Source of the DNA: Octopus sinensis
Lineage: Eukaryota
Assembly: GCF_006345805.1 (NCBI RefSeq)
Contig: NC_043011.1
Span: 44,776,464-44,840,463, forward strand
DNA: 64,000 nt
Direction: 5' to 3'
Part shown: positions 23,404-35,244 of the stretch, in pieces
Layout: each line of letters starts with the position of its first letter
How positions within the stretch are numbered: position 1 is the first letter of the stretch
The notes under the pieces: model-generated
Databases searched by the model: none
What the model was told of the DNA's origin: nothing
What the model saw: only the letters and a program-made list of their open reading frames with translations
Made by a program: the position numbers and the translations under genes

Positions 23404-23413
23404 ATATGTATGC

Positions 23414-23456
<43 letters not shown>

Positions 23457-23487
23457 GTATGTATGTTTGTAAGTATGTATATATATA

Positions 23488-23563
23488 TGGGCCGACCAAA
23501 GCCTTGTGAGTGGATTTGGTAGACGGAACCGAAAGAAGCCCGTCATATATATGTATATATATG

Positions 23564-23630
<67 letters not shown>

Positions 23631-23870
23631 GAGTGTGTATATATGTATATATATGGATATATGTATGTGTCTGTGTTTGTCGTCCCCCCAACATCGCTTG
23701 ACAGCCGATGTCGGTGTGTTTACGTTCCCGTAACTTAGCGGTTCGGCAAAAGAGACCGATAGAATAAGTACTAGGCTTACAAAGTATAAGTCCTGGGGTC
23801 GATTTGCTCGACTAAAGGCAGTGCTCCAGCATGGCCACAGTCAAATGACTGAAACAAGTTAAAGAGTATA
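23488..23870 (+). mobile_element. 5'-truncated SINE family C
   Basis: Starts at GGGCCGACCAAAGCC; tail intact. Confidence 0.85.
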
Positions 23871-24149
23871 TATATATATAATTATTGGGTTTTTCTGTTG
23901 AAATGCAAATGGGTGGACTTTAGACAGACTTCTTTAATAAGTCCCAGTAAGTCACATAACAATGTAACAATGCATTGAATAAGGAATCATTTTATATTCC
24001 AGAATGTGCCATTAGTACAAAATTTCAATTTTCTATTGAGCATTTCCTAGATGTCTTGTGCACGAACAATGGAATGTTCTGTTTAATAATACTACACGAT
24101 TTGTACGTAGAACATCCTCGTCACAATAAAATGTTAGTATGTATATGTG

Positions 24150-24189
<40 letters not shown>

Positions 24190-24300
24190 CACACATACAT
24201 ACTAAAGGTTAGTATATATATATATATATTAGTATGTATATGAATATATTAACTCACACATTTGTATATATATATATGTTAGTATGTATGTATATATATA

Positions 24301-24343
<43 letters not shown>

Positions 24344-24419
24344 CATACATACATACATATATATATATAAATGTTTAGTATGTATATAAGCATGTATATA
24401 AGTACGTGTCTGTATAAAG

Positions 24420-24661
24420 TCACATATTTATGTGTGTATCAACTTCTGTTCTTTCAACATGTGATCTCTTGAGCACCACCAGCAAAAATATTTTTTCCTC
24501 TGTCTTCCCTTCTTGGGATCTTTCCTTCTCCTTGTTTCCGACGAAGAGCTCCGCTCGAAACGTTAAATCCTCCTTCCCTTCTTTCTTGAGCGTCAAATAA
24601 TACTTTAATTGTTCCACGTCCTCGCGTTGCTGTGTTTTTTTCTGTGTTTTCTTGTTTGGAT

Positions 24662-24665
<4 letters not shown>
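24420..24665 (+). mobile_element. Penelope-like terminal fragment with hammerhead motif (24534-24568)
   Basis: GTTT-CCGACGA-A-GAGC-TCC-GCTC-GAAAC-GTT-AAAT (U4C relative to the canonical CUGANGA); the element ends in (TA)n. Confidence 0.6.
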
Positions 24666-24714
<49 letters not shown>

Positions 24715-24931
24715 GAAATCTGATCAATAATCAACCGGACTGGTGCTATAAAAACAAAACTACGACACTTACCAATTTGGCGCTTAATCTCCTTCAAATT
24801 ACTCCCCTGCGGAAGCCAAACACTTAATCCAGCACTGTTTCCATTGATGGAAGCATTCTTGGAACTAATTTTCTGGGATAATCACCGTATATTTGTATAC
24901 GTAAAGATATATATATATATTATATATATAT

Positions 24932-24986
<55 letters not shown>

Positions 24987-24989
24987 TTA

Positions 24990-25088
24990 TAGGTCTAGCT
25001 GTGTTGTAAGTAGCTTGCTTCCCAACCACATGGTTCCAAGTTCAGTCCCACTGCGTTGCACCTTGAGCAAGTGTCTTCTACTATAGCC

Positions 25089-25127
<39 letters not shown>

Positions 25128-25295
25128 TACCCTACCATCGCTTGACAACCGATGTTGGTGTGCTTAGTCCACGTAACTTAGCGGTTCAACAAAAGAGACT
25201 GATAGAATAAGTACTAGGCTTTCAAAGAATAAGTCCTGGGGTTGATTTGCTCGACTAAAGGCGGTTACTGAAACACGCAAAAGAATAAAAGAATA
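24990..25295 (+). mobile_element. SINE family C with internal deletion
   Basis: The head joins directly to (GT)n, then the tail. Confidence 0.75.
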
Positions 25296-25889
25296 CATAC
25301 ATACATACATACATACATATCTATCTATCCACACACACATGTATAAATATATACATTAAGAATCTTTGTGACTCTCCTTAATCAATCCATTAAAATGAAT
25401 TAAATGCCAACACACATTCACACACACACACACACACACACACATCGCACACTACCACACTCACACACACACTTATACACACATATTCTCTCACTTTCTC
25501 CCTCCTCCCCTCTCTTACACATTTAAACCGAATTCAATAGATCCGAATCTCTAATTCCATTTCCACCGCCACCAACCAATAAACTAAGATTCCTGCACCA
25601 ATTACCACGTTCTAATCATGTTATAGACACGTGACGTGCTAATGACTGAGTTTCTTGTTTGCCCACCCTCACCCCACACAGCCTTCACCCTGTATCATTC
25701 CACCCCAGTCTTCGTCTTAAAACGTCCCACACAACACTGTTCCGTTTGTTGTTGTGACATGTATTTTTTCCTTCTCATTTCAATGTAGTTCTTATGAGCA
25801 TTATTTAAATAAACACTTTATTGGAATAAAATATTATACGCTTTTTCTCCCCACCCGGAACTATTAGCCTTATCTTTAGAGTATACGCT

Positions 25890-26101
25890 TACATCATTAC
25901 ACACACGCATGTGCACACATACATATGTACATACATATACATACATTCATACATACACACATAAATACATACATACACACACACATACATACATACATAC
26001 ATATGTACATACATATACATACATGCATCACACACACACATACATACACACACACATACATACATATGTACATACATATACATACATGCATGCACACATA
26101 C

Positions 26102-26132
<31 letters not shown>

Positions 26133-26310
26133 CATACATACATACATACATACATACATAGGTACATACATATACATACATACATTCATACATACGTGCA
26201 TGCATACATACACACATACATTCATACATACATACATACATATATACATACATACATACGTGAATGTAGGTGTATACACATACACAGAAACACATACACT
26301 CACACACACA
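25890..26310. repeat. (TACA)n/(CA)n compound microsatellite
   Basis: Directly visible; source of the YVCM/HTYI ORFs. Confidence 0.95.
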
Positions 26311-26714
26311 CACATCTTTTGTTGCATTCATCAAAATGAGGCCATGCTGGGGCACCGCCCTGAAAATGTTTTCAGTCGAATGATTATATAAATATAAATA
26401 AATGAATATACATTTATGTGTATGTGTATGCGCGTGCGCATGTACGTATGTAAGCGTGTGTATGTGTATATGTGTGTGTGCGTATGTATGTGTATGTATA
26501 CACACAGCTGCAAGCTAACGAATTTCTTATTCCCTTGTCAGTTATTTCTTATGATACATATATGTATGTGTACATATATGTATGTGTACATATATGTATG
26601 TGTACACATACACACACACACAGAATCTTCTGGTATAGCTTCGGGCCGACCAAAGCCTTGTGAGTGGATTTGGTAGATGGAAAACGAAAGAAACCCGTCG
26701 TATATATATATATA

Positions 26715-27010
26715 TATATATATAAAACTGAGAATGTGTGTCTATCTATTTATCTGAGTGTCTGTATGTGTGCATCACGAAAAACTCGAGAACTACCTAA
26801 GCAATTTCATTCAAATTTTACACATAACTTACTTCGGGTCCATGCAGTGTCATGGGTCAAAATAATTTTCAACTTCTTGCCTAATGCGAGCTCGGAGCAA
26901 TCTCTTATTTCTTCCACTATTTCAGTATTACGTATCAAAGTGAAACAATAACATCTCTATTGTAAAGTGAGATTGTATCAGCTTTAATACTTTCAGTATT
27001 AATACTGAAA
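26715..27010 (+). mobile_element. Probable non-autonomous Helitron 5' portion
   Basis: TATATAAAACTGAGAATGTGTGTCTATC...AAAACTCGAGAACTAC layout. It ends near the 20-bp palindrome TTTCAGTATTAATACTGAAA (26991-27010). No 3' CTRR end was found. Confidence 0.4.
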
Positions 27011-27125
27011 CTATTATTTCACATATATACATTATATATATATATATATATATATATGTATTTATATATTGTATATATGTATGCATGTATATATGTGTAG
27101 ATACATCTGCACATATATATGTATG

Positions 27126-27197
<72 letters not shown>

Positions 27198-27517
27198 TAT
27201 AGATGCATATGTATAGATGTAAATGTATATATATAATATACATGTGTATATATATATATATGTGTGTGTGTGTATATATATGTATATATGTGTATATATA
27301 TACGTGCTGTTTATCTTGATATGAGATCAACATGTCGCGCACATATGGTTGTTATGCATGTGCATGGTGTACTCTTATCCGATTGGTAGTCATGATGGGT
27401 ATACTGGTCTTCGTATATTTTGTCCCAGTGTCACTTTCAAGGCATGCAGTGCTCTCTCACTCAATAATAATAATAATCCTTTCTACTAAAGGCACAAGAC
27501 ATTAAAAAAAACCCCAC

Positions 27518-27935
27518 AAAGCTGCTAGACTAGATGGAATTGTCATTGAGATGATAAAAGCATTGGAAGAATATGGAATTAGAATACTGACAAGTGAAAT
27601 AAACGAGGTCTTTGATGATGGGAAATTTATAGAAGATCTGAGTAAATCCATCTTTATTGCGCTACCGAAGATATCAGGAGCAGTTGACCTTGAACAACAT
27701 CGTACGATTAATCTAGTGAGTTAGGTTACAAAAATCATTCTGAGAGTTTCACTCGTTTGAGGAGAAAGCAGAATAACACCTGAGATTGGAATTGAACAGT
27801 TTGGCTTTGTAAAGGGTGCTGGGTACTAGGAATGCTATTTTAGTACTAAGAATGGTAACAGAGCGGACGGTGGAGATGCAAAAAGGACGTGTTCATGTGT
27901 TTCATAGATTATGCAAAGGTCTTCCATAAAGTAAG
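27518..27935 (+). pseudogene. RTE-clade reverse transcriptase fragment
   Basis: KAARLDGIVIEMIKAL...SIFIALPK.SGA...HRTINLVS*VTKIIL...EQFGFVKG.GTRNAILVLR...FMCFIDYAKVFHKV, with stops and a frameshift. Confidence 0.85.
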
Positions 27936-28149
27936 AGATGGCATTTAACGATGGAAAGGATGAATGATACAAACCGTACAGTAAATCCCAATCAGTTGGG
28001 ATTGGTTGCTCAATCACGTCGAAGGTAACCACTACAACGTGATTAGTTCACATGAGAGGTGAAAAGAAAGAGAAATATTAACGACGTGAAGAGCGGAATT
28101 ACATGGTTAAAAAGTTTGTTGAAGTAAATAAGAGAGAAAGAGATAGAGG

Positions 28150-28180
<31 letters not shown>

Positions 28181-28719
28181 AGAGAGAGAGAGATAAGGCG
28201 TTTAGTAGAGGAAAATTTCAATCATATACTGTAATGTATTATTGTGATAGACAGACTGATAGATAGATAGATAGATAGATAGACAAATGGATAGAAAGAT
28301 TATAGTAATCATAATCTATATAGTAATTAATAAATTGACGAATTTATCAACAAGTTGATTAATTTAATTACCAAACTGATGGACCAATCAATAAATTGAT
28401 TAATTTAATTGACAAACTGATGGATTAATTAAAAATGAGAAGTTGGTTGATCTGATTGACAAGATGATGGATTAATTAACAAATTGATGGATTAAATTAA
28501 TTAATTAATTAGATTAATTAATAAGTACTTCATTATCTTTCTGTCCTGCTGAATTCAAACATGACCTTCAGAGTGTCATTAGTTGCATAGATTTTTGGTT
28601 TTGTTTTTAAATGTTTTTCTTTATTTTTTTAAATATTTATCTCCAGTAATTGTCTATCCATTAATTTTTACCCAAAAGGGGTGGGTGAGTGGGTTATAAA
28701 CAAAGATTAAAGTGTTCCT

Positions 28720-29300
28720 TTCAAAATTTTGGCGTAAGTCCTGAAATTTTAAGGGAGATGGGCGTAAGTCGATTACTTTGACTCCAGTACTTTACTAGTA
28801 CAGATTTTATCGACCCCGAAAGGATGGAAGACAAAATCAACCTCGGCGAAACAAGGATTTCAGATTTTGACACAGGGCCAGTCATTTCGAGAGAGCGGGG
28901 TCAGTCGATGACATCGACCGCAGTGCTAACTGGTACTTACTTTATCGACCCCGAAAGGATAAAAGGTAAAGTCAACCTCGGTGGAATTTGAACTCCGGAC
29001 GTAAAGACGGATGAAATGCCGCCAAGACTTTTGCCCGGTGTGCTAATGATTCTGCCAGTTCGCCGCCTTAACATGGATTAAAATATTGATTTGGCACAAA
29101 GCCAGCGATTTCAGGGTGGGAGTTGGTGTAAATCGATTACATCGATCTCAGTGTTCAACTGGTACTTATTTTATCAAGCCCGAAAGAGTGAAAGGCAAAG
29201 TCAACTGCGACGGAACTTGAACTCAGGACGTAAAGACGGACGAAATGCCGCAAAGAATTTTTCTCCAGTACGCTAACGATTCTGCCAGCTCGCCGCCTTA
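28720..29300 (-). mobile_element. Cluster of three SINE family B copies
   Basis: The Deu/Nin-like block is repeated; the third copy is flanked by TSD ATGGATTAAAATATT (29073-29087, 29303-29317). Confidence 0.8.
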
Positions 29301-29404
29301 GAATGGATTAAAATATTAAGTTTCAATATCGCTGCTGAGGTTGTTACCTTCTACTTCTTTTAGTAATCGGACTGCAGCCAATCACTGAAAAGTAACCACC
29401 GTGG

Positions 29405-31789
29405 TTACCTTTCAGGTGTTATTGATTGGGAATCTCTATCTTGTTTCTCTGGAATCGATAACTGATCTAAAACTGAAGGCTTCGCAGCAGGGGTGGTGCC
29501 CGAGCGTGTCTTGTAGAACGATTGGTTTTCAAACACTACGTCGACATTCTTGCGAAGATGCTCAAAATTCTTTGGGAAACCCGCCGTAATTTTATTGTCG
29601 TTTACCTTAATCTTTTTAATGCTTGGCAGTTTACCAAGATTTTCTGGGAGTTCTGTAAGCAGATTGTCAGAGACATCCAACTCTTCCAATGAAGCCATTT
29701 TGTTGATTTTAGTTGGAAGAATTTCAACGTTGTTCGTTGCAAGAATCAGAAGTTTAATCCTGTAAAGGTAAGTGAACTGAATTGGAATAAAGGTGATTCG
29801 GTTGTTGGACAAATCCAAAGAAATCAACGACGCGAAAACATCAATACGATCACGTGGGAATTGTTGTAACTGATTATTTGAAAGATCCAGTTTCAGAAGT
29901 TTGTTTAGACTTCCGAAATGATTTGGCAATTCTGTGATGTGGTTTGTGGACATGTTTAATTCCTGTAAGTGAATTAGTGTCGTTAATTCCGGTAGAAATC
30001 GCTTCAAGTTATTTTTGCTGGCATTCAGCTTCTCTAAATGTCCTAAATATTTAAACGAAGGTGGAAGGCCAGGGAGCTGATTGTCACTTATGTCCAAGGA
30101 AGTCAAAACACGAAGCTTATGGAATTTGTCTGGAAGATCTTTGATGTCATTTTTGGAAATATTTAAATGAGTCAGAAGACGAAGCTGAAAGACAGCCGGA
30201 GGGATGGCATCTAAGTTGAGGTTTACCAATTCCAAAGCTGTTAAGTGACTCGCATGATCCTTTTGTCCAATTAAATATAAAGTCGACTTCGTATCGTCGT
30301 AGTTTGTTCGTAAAGGATTTTCGGACAGATACAGTTTACAGACGGTTTTAGGAAGAAAGACACCTGGAAGGTTATTCTGCGAGACATCCAGTGACTGGAG
30401 TTGATAGAGATGTTTTATAGACTGAGGTATTTCACTGATATTGTTGTTGGAAAAATGGAACAACTCGAGATTTCTTAACGTATAGAGATCTGCAGGTAAA
30501 GTAGAAATGAGATTTTGGGAAATATCCAAAGATCTCAGCATTTGATTTTCTCCAAGTGATTTCGGCAAAGAATTGATACAATTACCAGATATATTGAAAT
30601 GTTTTAAAGATGGAAGGCGACTAATACTTTCTGGGATTTCTTTGATACAGTTAAACGAAACATTTAAGTTCCGTAGAGATTTCATCTGTTCTATATCGTC
30701 AGGAATAACCTCGATATTGTTGTAGGAAACATCAAGATCACTCAGTTCTGAAAGACTTACGGCAAACTTCATGGAAGTCAAATGGTTGTGAGAAACATTT
30801 ATATCCTCGCAACAAGTCAGGAATTTAACTCCTGTCGGAATGTACTCGATTTGGTTAAACGATAAATTCAAAAGTTTCAGATTGCAAAAATTTTCTACAC
30901 GATCTGGAAATGAGGTGATCTGGTTGTGTGAGAGATCCAGTTCTTGGAGAGCTGTAGCTATGTTACAGAGTTCCTCAGGCACAGAATTCAGTTGATTATG
31001 AGAAATATTTAAATATTCCAGGTAACGTAACTGACCAATTTCGGCAGGAATCACTTTGAGTTGGTTCTGCGTCAAATTCAGTCGAGTAAGTCGCGTTAGC
31101 TTGTGGATACTCTCGGGTAGTTTTTCAATCATGTTGTGGGACAGATTAAACACTTTTACACTCGACTTTTTGACAGTGACAGCTGGAAGGCTTTTCAGAC
31201 GGTTAAAAGACATATCTATGGCAGCATTGAGTTCGTAGACATTCTTTTTAAAGGTTTTAATCAAATTGTACGAAAGATCTAAATGAGAAAGCGCCGGGCA
31301 TTTACCGAATTTGTTTGGAAGTTTAGACACTTTATTGTTCTTTAGATGGAGCACAGAAAGAGAAGAAGCTTTGTGTATGGAAGAAGGGAGTTTCCTTAGA
31401 TTATTGTTGGTCAGATCAAGCTCTGCTAAATTCTTCATCTCCGAAATACTGTTGGTGAATTTGTTTAAGTTGTTATTCTTAATGTCAAGATAAGTCAGAA
31501 TTTTTAGATTGGCGATTGTCTGAGGCAGACGTTTAAGCCTGTTGTTGCCAATACGAAGTTGGACAGTTTTCTCAGCGATTTCCTCGTTGGTGAATATCTC
31601 AACAGGAAGAGATTTCACATTAAATGTGTCATACAGAATGTGGACTTTATTGCTGTTTATAATCTGGATATGTTTCTTCAGGCTGTTGGACAAGGACACA
31701 ATCTTACTCCCGGGACCCGTGGCTGGTGGAGGTTTGTCTTTCTTATTACCCCGGGATTTGGAGGGGGTAACAGAGTTGGCAGCTGGCAT
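29405..31789 (-). CDS. Leucine-rich-repeat protein (~28 LRRs of ~23 aa; SHOC2/LRRC40-like repeat class)
   Basis: 794-aa open frame with regular LxxLxLSxNxLxxLP repeats from ~aa 76 to ~735, a basic low-complexity N-terminus and no other recognisable domain. The C-terminus may be spliced (see findings). Confidence 0.93.
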   Translation of the reverse strand: MPAANSVTPSKSRGNKKDKPPPATGPGSKIVSLSNSLKKHIQIINSNKVHILYDTFNVKSLPVEIFTNEEIAEKTVQLRIGNNRLKRLPQTIANLKILTYLDIKNNNLNKFTNSISEMKNLAELDLTNNNLRKLPSSIHKASSLSVLHLKNNKVSKLPNKFGKCPALSHLDLSYNLIKTFKKNVYELNAAIDMSFNRLKSLPAVTVKKSSVKVFNLSHNMIEKLPESIHKLTRLTRLNLTQNQLKVIPAEIGQLRYLEYLNISHNQLNSVPEELCNIATALQELDLSHNQITSFPDRVENFCNLKLLNLSFNQIEYIPTGVKFLTCCEDINVSHNHLTSMKFAVSLSELSDLDVSYNNIEVIPDDIEQMKSLRNLNVSFNCIKEIPESISRLPSLKHFNISGNCINSLPKSLGENQMLRSLDISQNLISTLPADLYTLRNLELFHFSNNNISEIPQSIKHLYQLQSLDVSQNNLPGVFLPKTVCKLYLSENPLRTNYDDTKSTLYLIGQKDHASHLTALELVNLNLDAIPPAVFQLRLLTHLNISKNDIKDLPDKFHKLRVLTSLDISDNQLPGLPPSFKYLGHLEKLNASKNNLKRFLPELTTLIHLQELNMSTNHITELPNHFGSLNKLLKLDLSNNQLQQFPRDRIDVFASLISLDLSNNRITFIPIQFTYLYRIKLLILATNNVEILPTKINKMASLEELDVSDNLLTELPENLGKLPSIKKIKVNDNKITAGFPKNFEHLRKNVDVVFENQSFYKTRSGTTPAAKPSVLDQLSIPEKQDRDSQSITPER

Positions 31790-31898
31790 CTCTGATCGGT
31801 GCTAGGTCGATCCTTGCTTGTATCTTGTCTTCGAATAAAACCAAATCTTACAACGGAGTAACACCATCGGATTTAGAAATTCTTGCGTTTAAACGAAT

Positions 31899-31912
31899 CT
31901 GGAAAAATTCTT
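31899..31912 (-). promoter_or_regulatory. Candidate splice acceptor for the LRR exon
   Basis: Minus strand AATTTTTCCAG|ATT; the exon would start at 31898, 109 nt before the ATG. Confidence 0.45.
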
Positions 31913-32516
31913 CATTGGGGAATATCTAATTGTTACACAGAGATTATATCAACACCATAGAATGTTGGCTTTCGTAAATAACAAGTTTTTTTTTTAATGT
32001 GGATATTTTTCTTTGATTCCCGAGTTAGAGAAAGAATTATAGGATGAGAAACGCCTCATATGAGAGTCTTTCTCAGTAGTAGCAGCAACAACAGCAACAG
32101 TAGCAGCAATACCACCAGCAACAACAGCAGAAATTCAAATGATCTCCAAAATGTTTTCCTCAAAACTGAGACACCGAATTGAGTACGCTAGTGAAAAGAA
32201 GATACAACAGACAGCATTAGACAAGTATGTGTGGGTATACATACATACAAACATACATAATACGTACGTACATACATAATACATATATACATACATTTGT
32301 GTGTGTTAAGAAGGCAATGAGCACAAAAAGAAAACAAGAGAGAGACAAGTTTTAGCAAATATTTTGTTAGTTTAACGTTTAAAAGAGTTAGGGAAGAGTC
32401 TTCATGTTTCGTACTGAAGTTCCTCAGAGGAATAATCGGAAATAAAAAATAAAATATTGATGGAAAAAATATACAATGGAAATATACATATATATATATG
32501 TTTGTGTGTGTGTATA

Positions 32517-32574
<58 letters not shown>

Positions 32575-33046
32575 TCCGAACATCAGATAAGGAGATTCTA
32601 ACGTCCACGAAACTTTAAGCAATGGAGAACTGAGTCAAACTGGTATTATATACATGTAACTCCAAACTAATGTATTGAGTACAATATTCGTTTGTTCACC
32701 CACTTAAGCGCGCGCGCACGCACACACTAAATAAAATCCGCAATTAGTGAAAAACCCCAGGCTAACGATGCTACTGAAAGTAGTCGCCCAGGAAGGCAAT
32801 ATTCCATCTAACACTACAAGTGGTGCACCAAACAGTTTCTCTTTTCAAAATTACTCTCCCACTTTATTGGTTACTTCGAGCCAATGGTAGAAAATAATTG
32901 CCAATTTGTTGTCGGCAACCGACAACTTGCTAGATTTTTTTCCTCCTATGCAGTGTCGCCATTTGATAAAATGAACGCCGTGCAGACGACATACTAAATA
33001 TCGGGTGGTTTATTAAAAATGAATAAATTTTGCTCCTCGTCGTAAA

Positions 33047-33055
33047 CCTCACCTT
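33047..33055 (-). promoter_or_regulatory. Candidate splice donor of an upstream non-coding exon
   Basis: Minus strand CAAG|GTGAGG in unique sequence upstream of the LRR ORF. Confidence 0.3.
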
Positions 33056-33411
33056 GATGTCTAAAGTTACTAAACGGAAGAGACAAAAGGAGAACAACAT
33101 TAAAACTCTGCGATAAACTGGAGATGATTAATAAAATAGAAGGAAACATTCGCAGAACTGTGTTAATAACATTCTGCAGCAGTGAATCGTTAATTTGAAA
33201 CGACATGAAACACTTTGGAAATAAATGAGGTTTTAACGTAAGTCGTATGCTAAACGATAAAAACTTCAAACTAGAAATGTCTACATGAACCAAAATGTGA
33301 ACGTTTAGTTGAATTGTGGCACGACTATTTTTTTTTCGTCTTTTTTTTTTTTTTAACTGAAGCAATAGGAGATGCAGTTATACATGTTTCGGAATAAGTC
33401 AGATTTTAAAT

Positions 33412-33578
33412 AGGCGCAGGTTTGGCTGTGTGGTTAAGAAGCTCGTTTTGCGAACTTGTGCTTTCGGCGAGATTCAGTCTCATTGCACGGCAACTTGGGT
33501 AAGTGCCTTCTGCTATAACTCTGGACTCTCCAATGCTTTGTGAGTGAATTTGGTAGACGGAAACCGTGTTGAAGCCCG

Positions 33579-33585
<7 letters not shown>
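33412..33585 (+). mobile_element. SINE family C 5' half, diverged
   Basis: TAGGCGCAGG...GGTAGACGGAAAC...GAAGCCCGTC. Confidence 0.7.
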
Positions 33586-33633
<48 letters not shown>

Positions 33634-33634
<1 letters not shown>

Positions 33635-33986
33635 GAGCAAAACGCCCGTCCAATGAACGGTGCTGAGTTGTCAAACATTTAAACAAATTTTCTTAAAACA
33701 ACTTGTCCGACCGTCCCATAGGTCTCCCCTTTGAGAAACACAGATCGCAACAGCTGATGTACTTGCGCGTACAAATGCACGTTCCCATGGCTTTATCGAT
33801 CGCCTTCTCACCTGGAATCGATTTTTGTAATTTTTTCAAGACTTATACACGCACTGGTGCCGTCGGTATCTACATATCAACTTTGAGCGCAATCGGATGA
33901 AAAATGCCCGAGAAACACACACACGCACACGCACACACACACACACACACACATACACACACACAGAACGGATTTTATATAATAGA
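33634..33986 (-). mobile_element. Non-autonomous Helitron (family H1, copy 2)
   Basis: Same termini and body as 18844-19215. Confidence 0.75.
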
Positions 33987-33990
33987 TAAT

Positions 33991-34377
33991 TCTTTTTATT
34001 CTTTTACTTGTTTCAGTCATTTGACTGCGGCCACGCCTGAGCACCGCCTTCAGTCGAACAAATTTACCCAAGGCATTATTCTTTGTAAGCCTAGTACTTA
34101 TTCTATCGGTCTCTATTACCAAACCTCTAAGTAACGGGGACGTAAACACACCAACATCGGTTGTAAAGCGATAGTGGTGGTGGTGGTGAAAAACGCAGAC
34201 ACACAAATACATAAATACTTAAATATAGGACAGGCTTCTTTCAGTTTCCATCTACCAAATCCACTACTAAGCCTTTGATCGGCCCGAGGCTAGTAGAAGA
34301 CACTTGCCTCGCAGTGGGACTGAACCTGGAACTATGTGGTTGGGAAGCAAGCTTCTTGCTACACAGTCACTCCTGCG

Positions 34378-34381
<4 letters not shown>
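33991..34381 (-). mobile_element. SINE family C full copy
   Basis: Reverse-complement match from head to tail. Confidence 0.8.
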
Positions 34382-34454
<73 letters not shown>

Positions 34455-34519
34455 TGTGTGTGTGTGTGTGTGTATAAACACTGACAAGGGGGATAACCGC
34501 CCCACGAGCAATGCTAGGA

Positions 34520-34565
34520 GCACTAGACCGGTTTCGTCTGTTAGTTGCAGACTCGTCAGCAGTGC
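34520..34565 (-). ncRNA. Minimal type I hammerhead ribozyme motif, intact core
   Basis: Minus strand GCACTG-CTGACGA-GTCTG-CAACTAA-CAGAC-GAAA-CCGG-TC-TAGTGC: 6-bp stem I (one G.U), perfect 5-bp stem II, palindromic stem III, GUC cleavage triplet. Confidence 0.85.
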
Positions 34566-34607
34566 CTACTTCATCTCTCGGATGGTTTAGCTAAATCCGT
34601 CTGTCAG

Positions 34608-34650
<43 letters not shown>

Positions 34651-34779
34651 TTATAAATTTATGACCGATGCACTAATGATTCTGTCAGCTCGTCATCTTA
34701 ATAATAATAATTATAATATAAATAAAGATGATGATGAGGATGATGATGATGATGATTATGATCATAATAATAATAATGG

Positions 34780-35220
34780 TTGCAAAGTTTGGCACAAGGC
34801 CAGCAATTTCGAGGTAGGGGGAAATTCAAGTACATCGATCCCAGTACTTGATTGGTACTTATTTCATCGACCCTGAAAGCATAAAAGGCAAAGTCGACTT
34901 CGACGAAGTTTGAACTCACAACAGAGTGATCCAGAAGAAATGCCACAAAACATTTTGTCCGAAGTGCTAATGATTCTGATGTGCTAATGATTCTGTCAGC
35001 TCATCGCCTTAATAATAATTTCAAATTTTGGCATATTGCCAGCGATTTGGGAAAGGAGGCAAGTCGATTACATCGACCCCAGTTCTCAACTGGTACTTAT
35101 TTTAACGACCCCGAAAGGATGAAAGGCAAAGTCGACCCCGACGGAATTTGAAATCAAAACGTAGCGACAGGCGAAATACCGCTAAGCATTTCATCCAGCG
35201 TGTTAACGATTCTGCTAGCT
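34780..35220 (-). mobile_element. Two SINE family B copies
   Basis: Deu/Nin-like block at ~34850 and ~35100. Confidence 0.75.
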
Positions 35221-35244
35221 AATAATAGAAATGTTGGAAAACTG

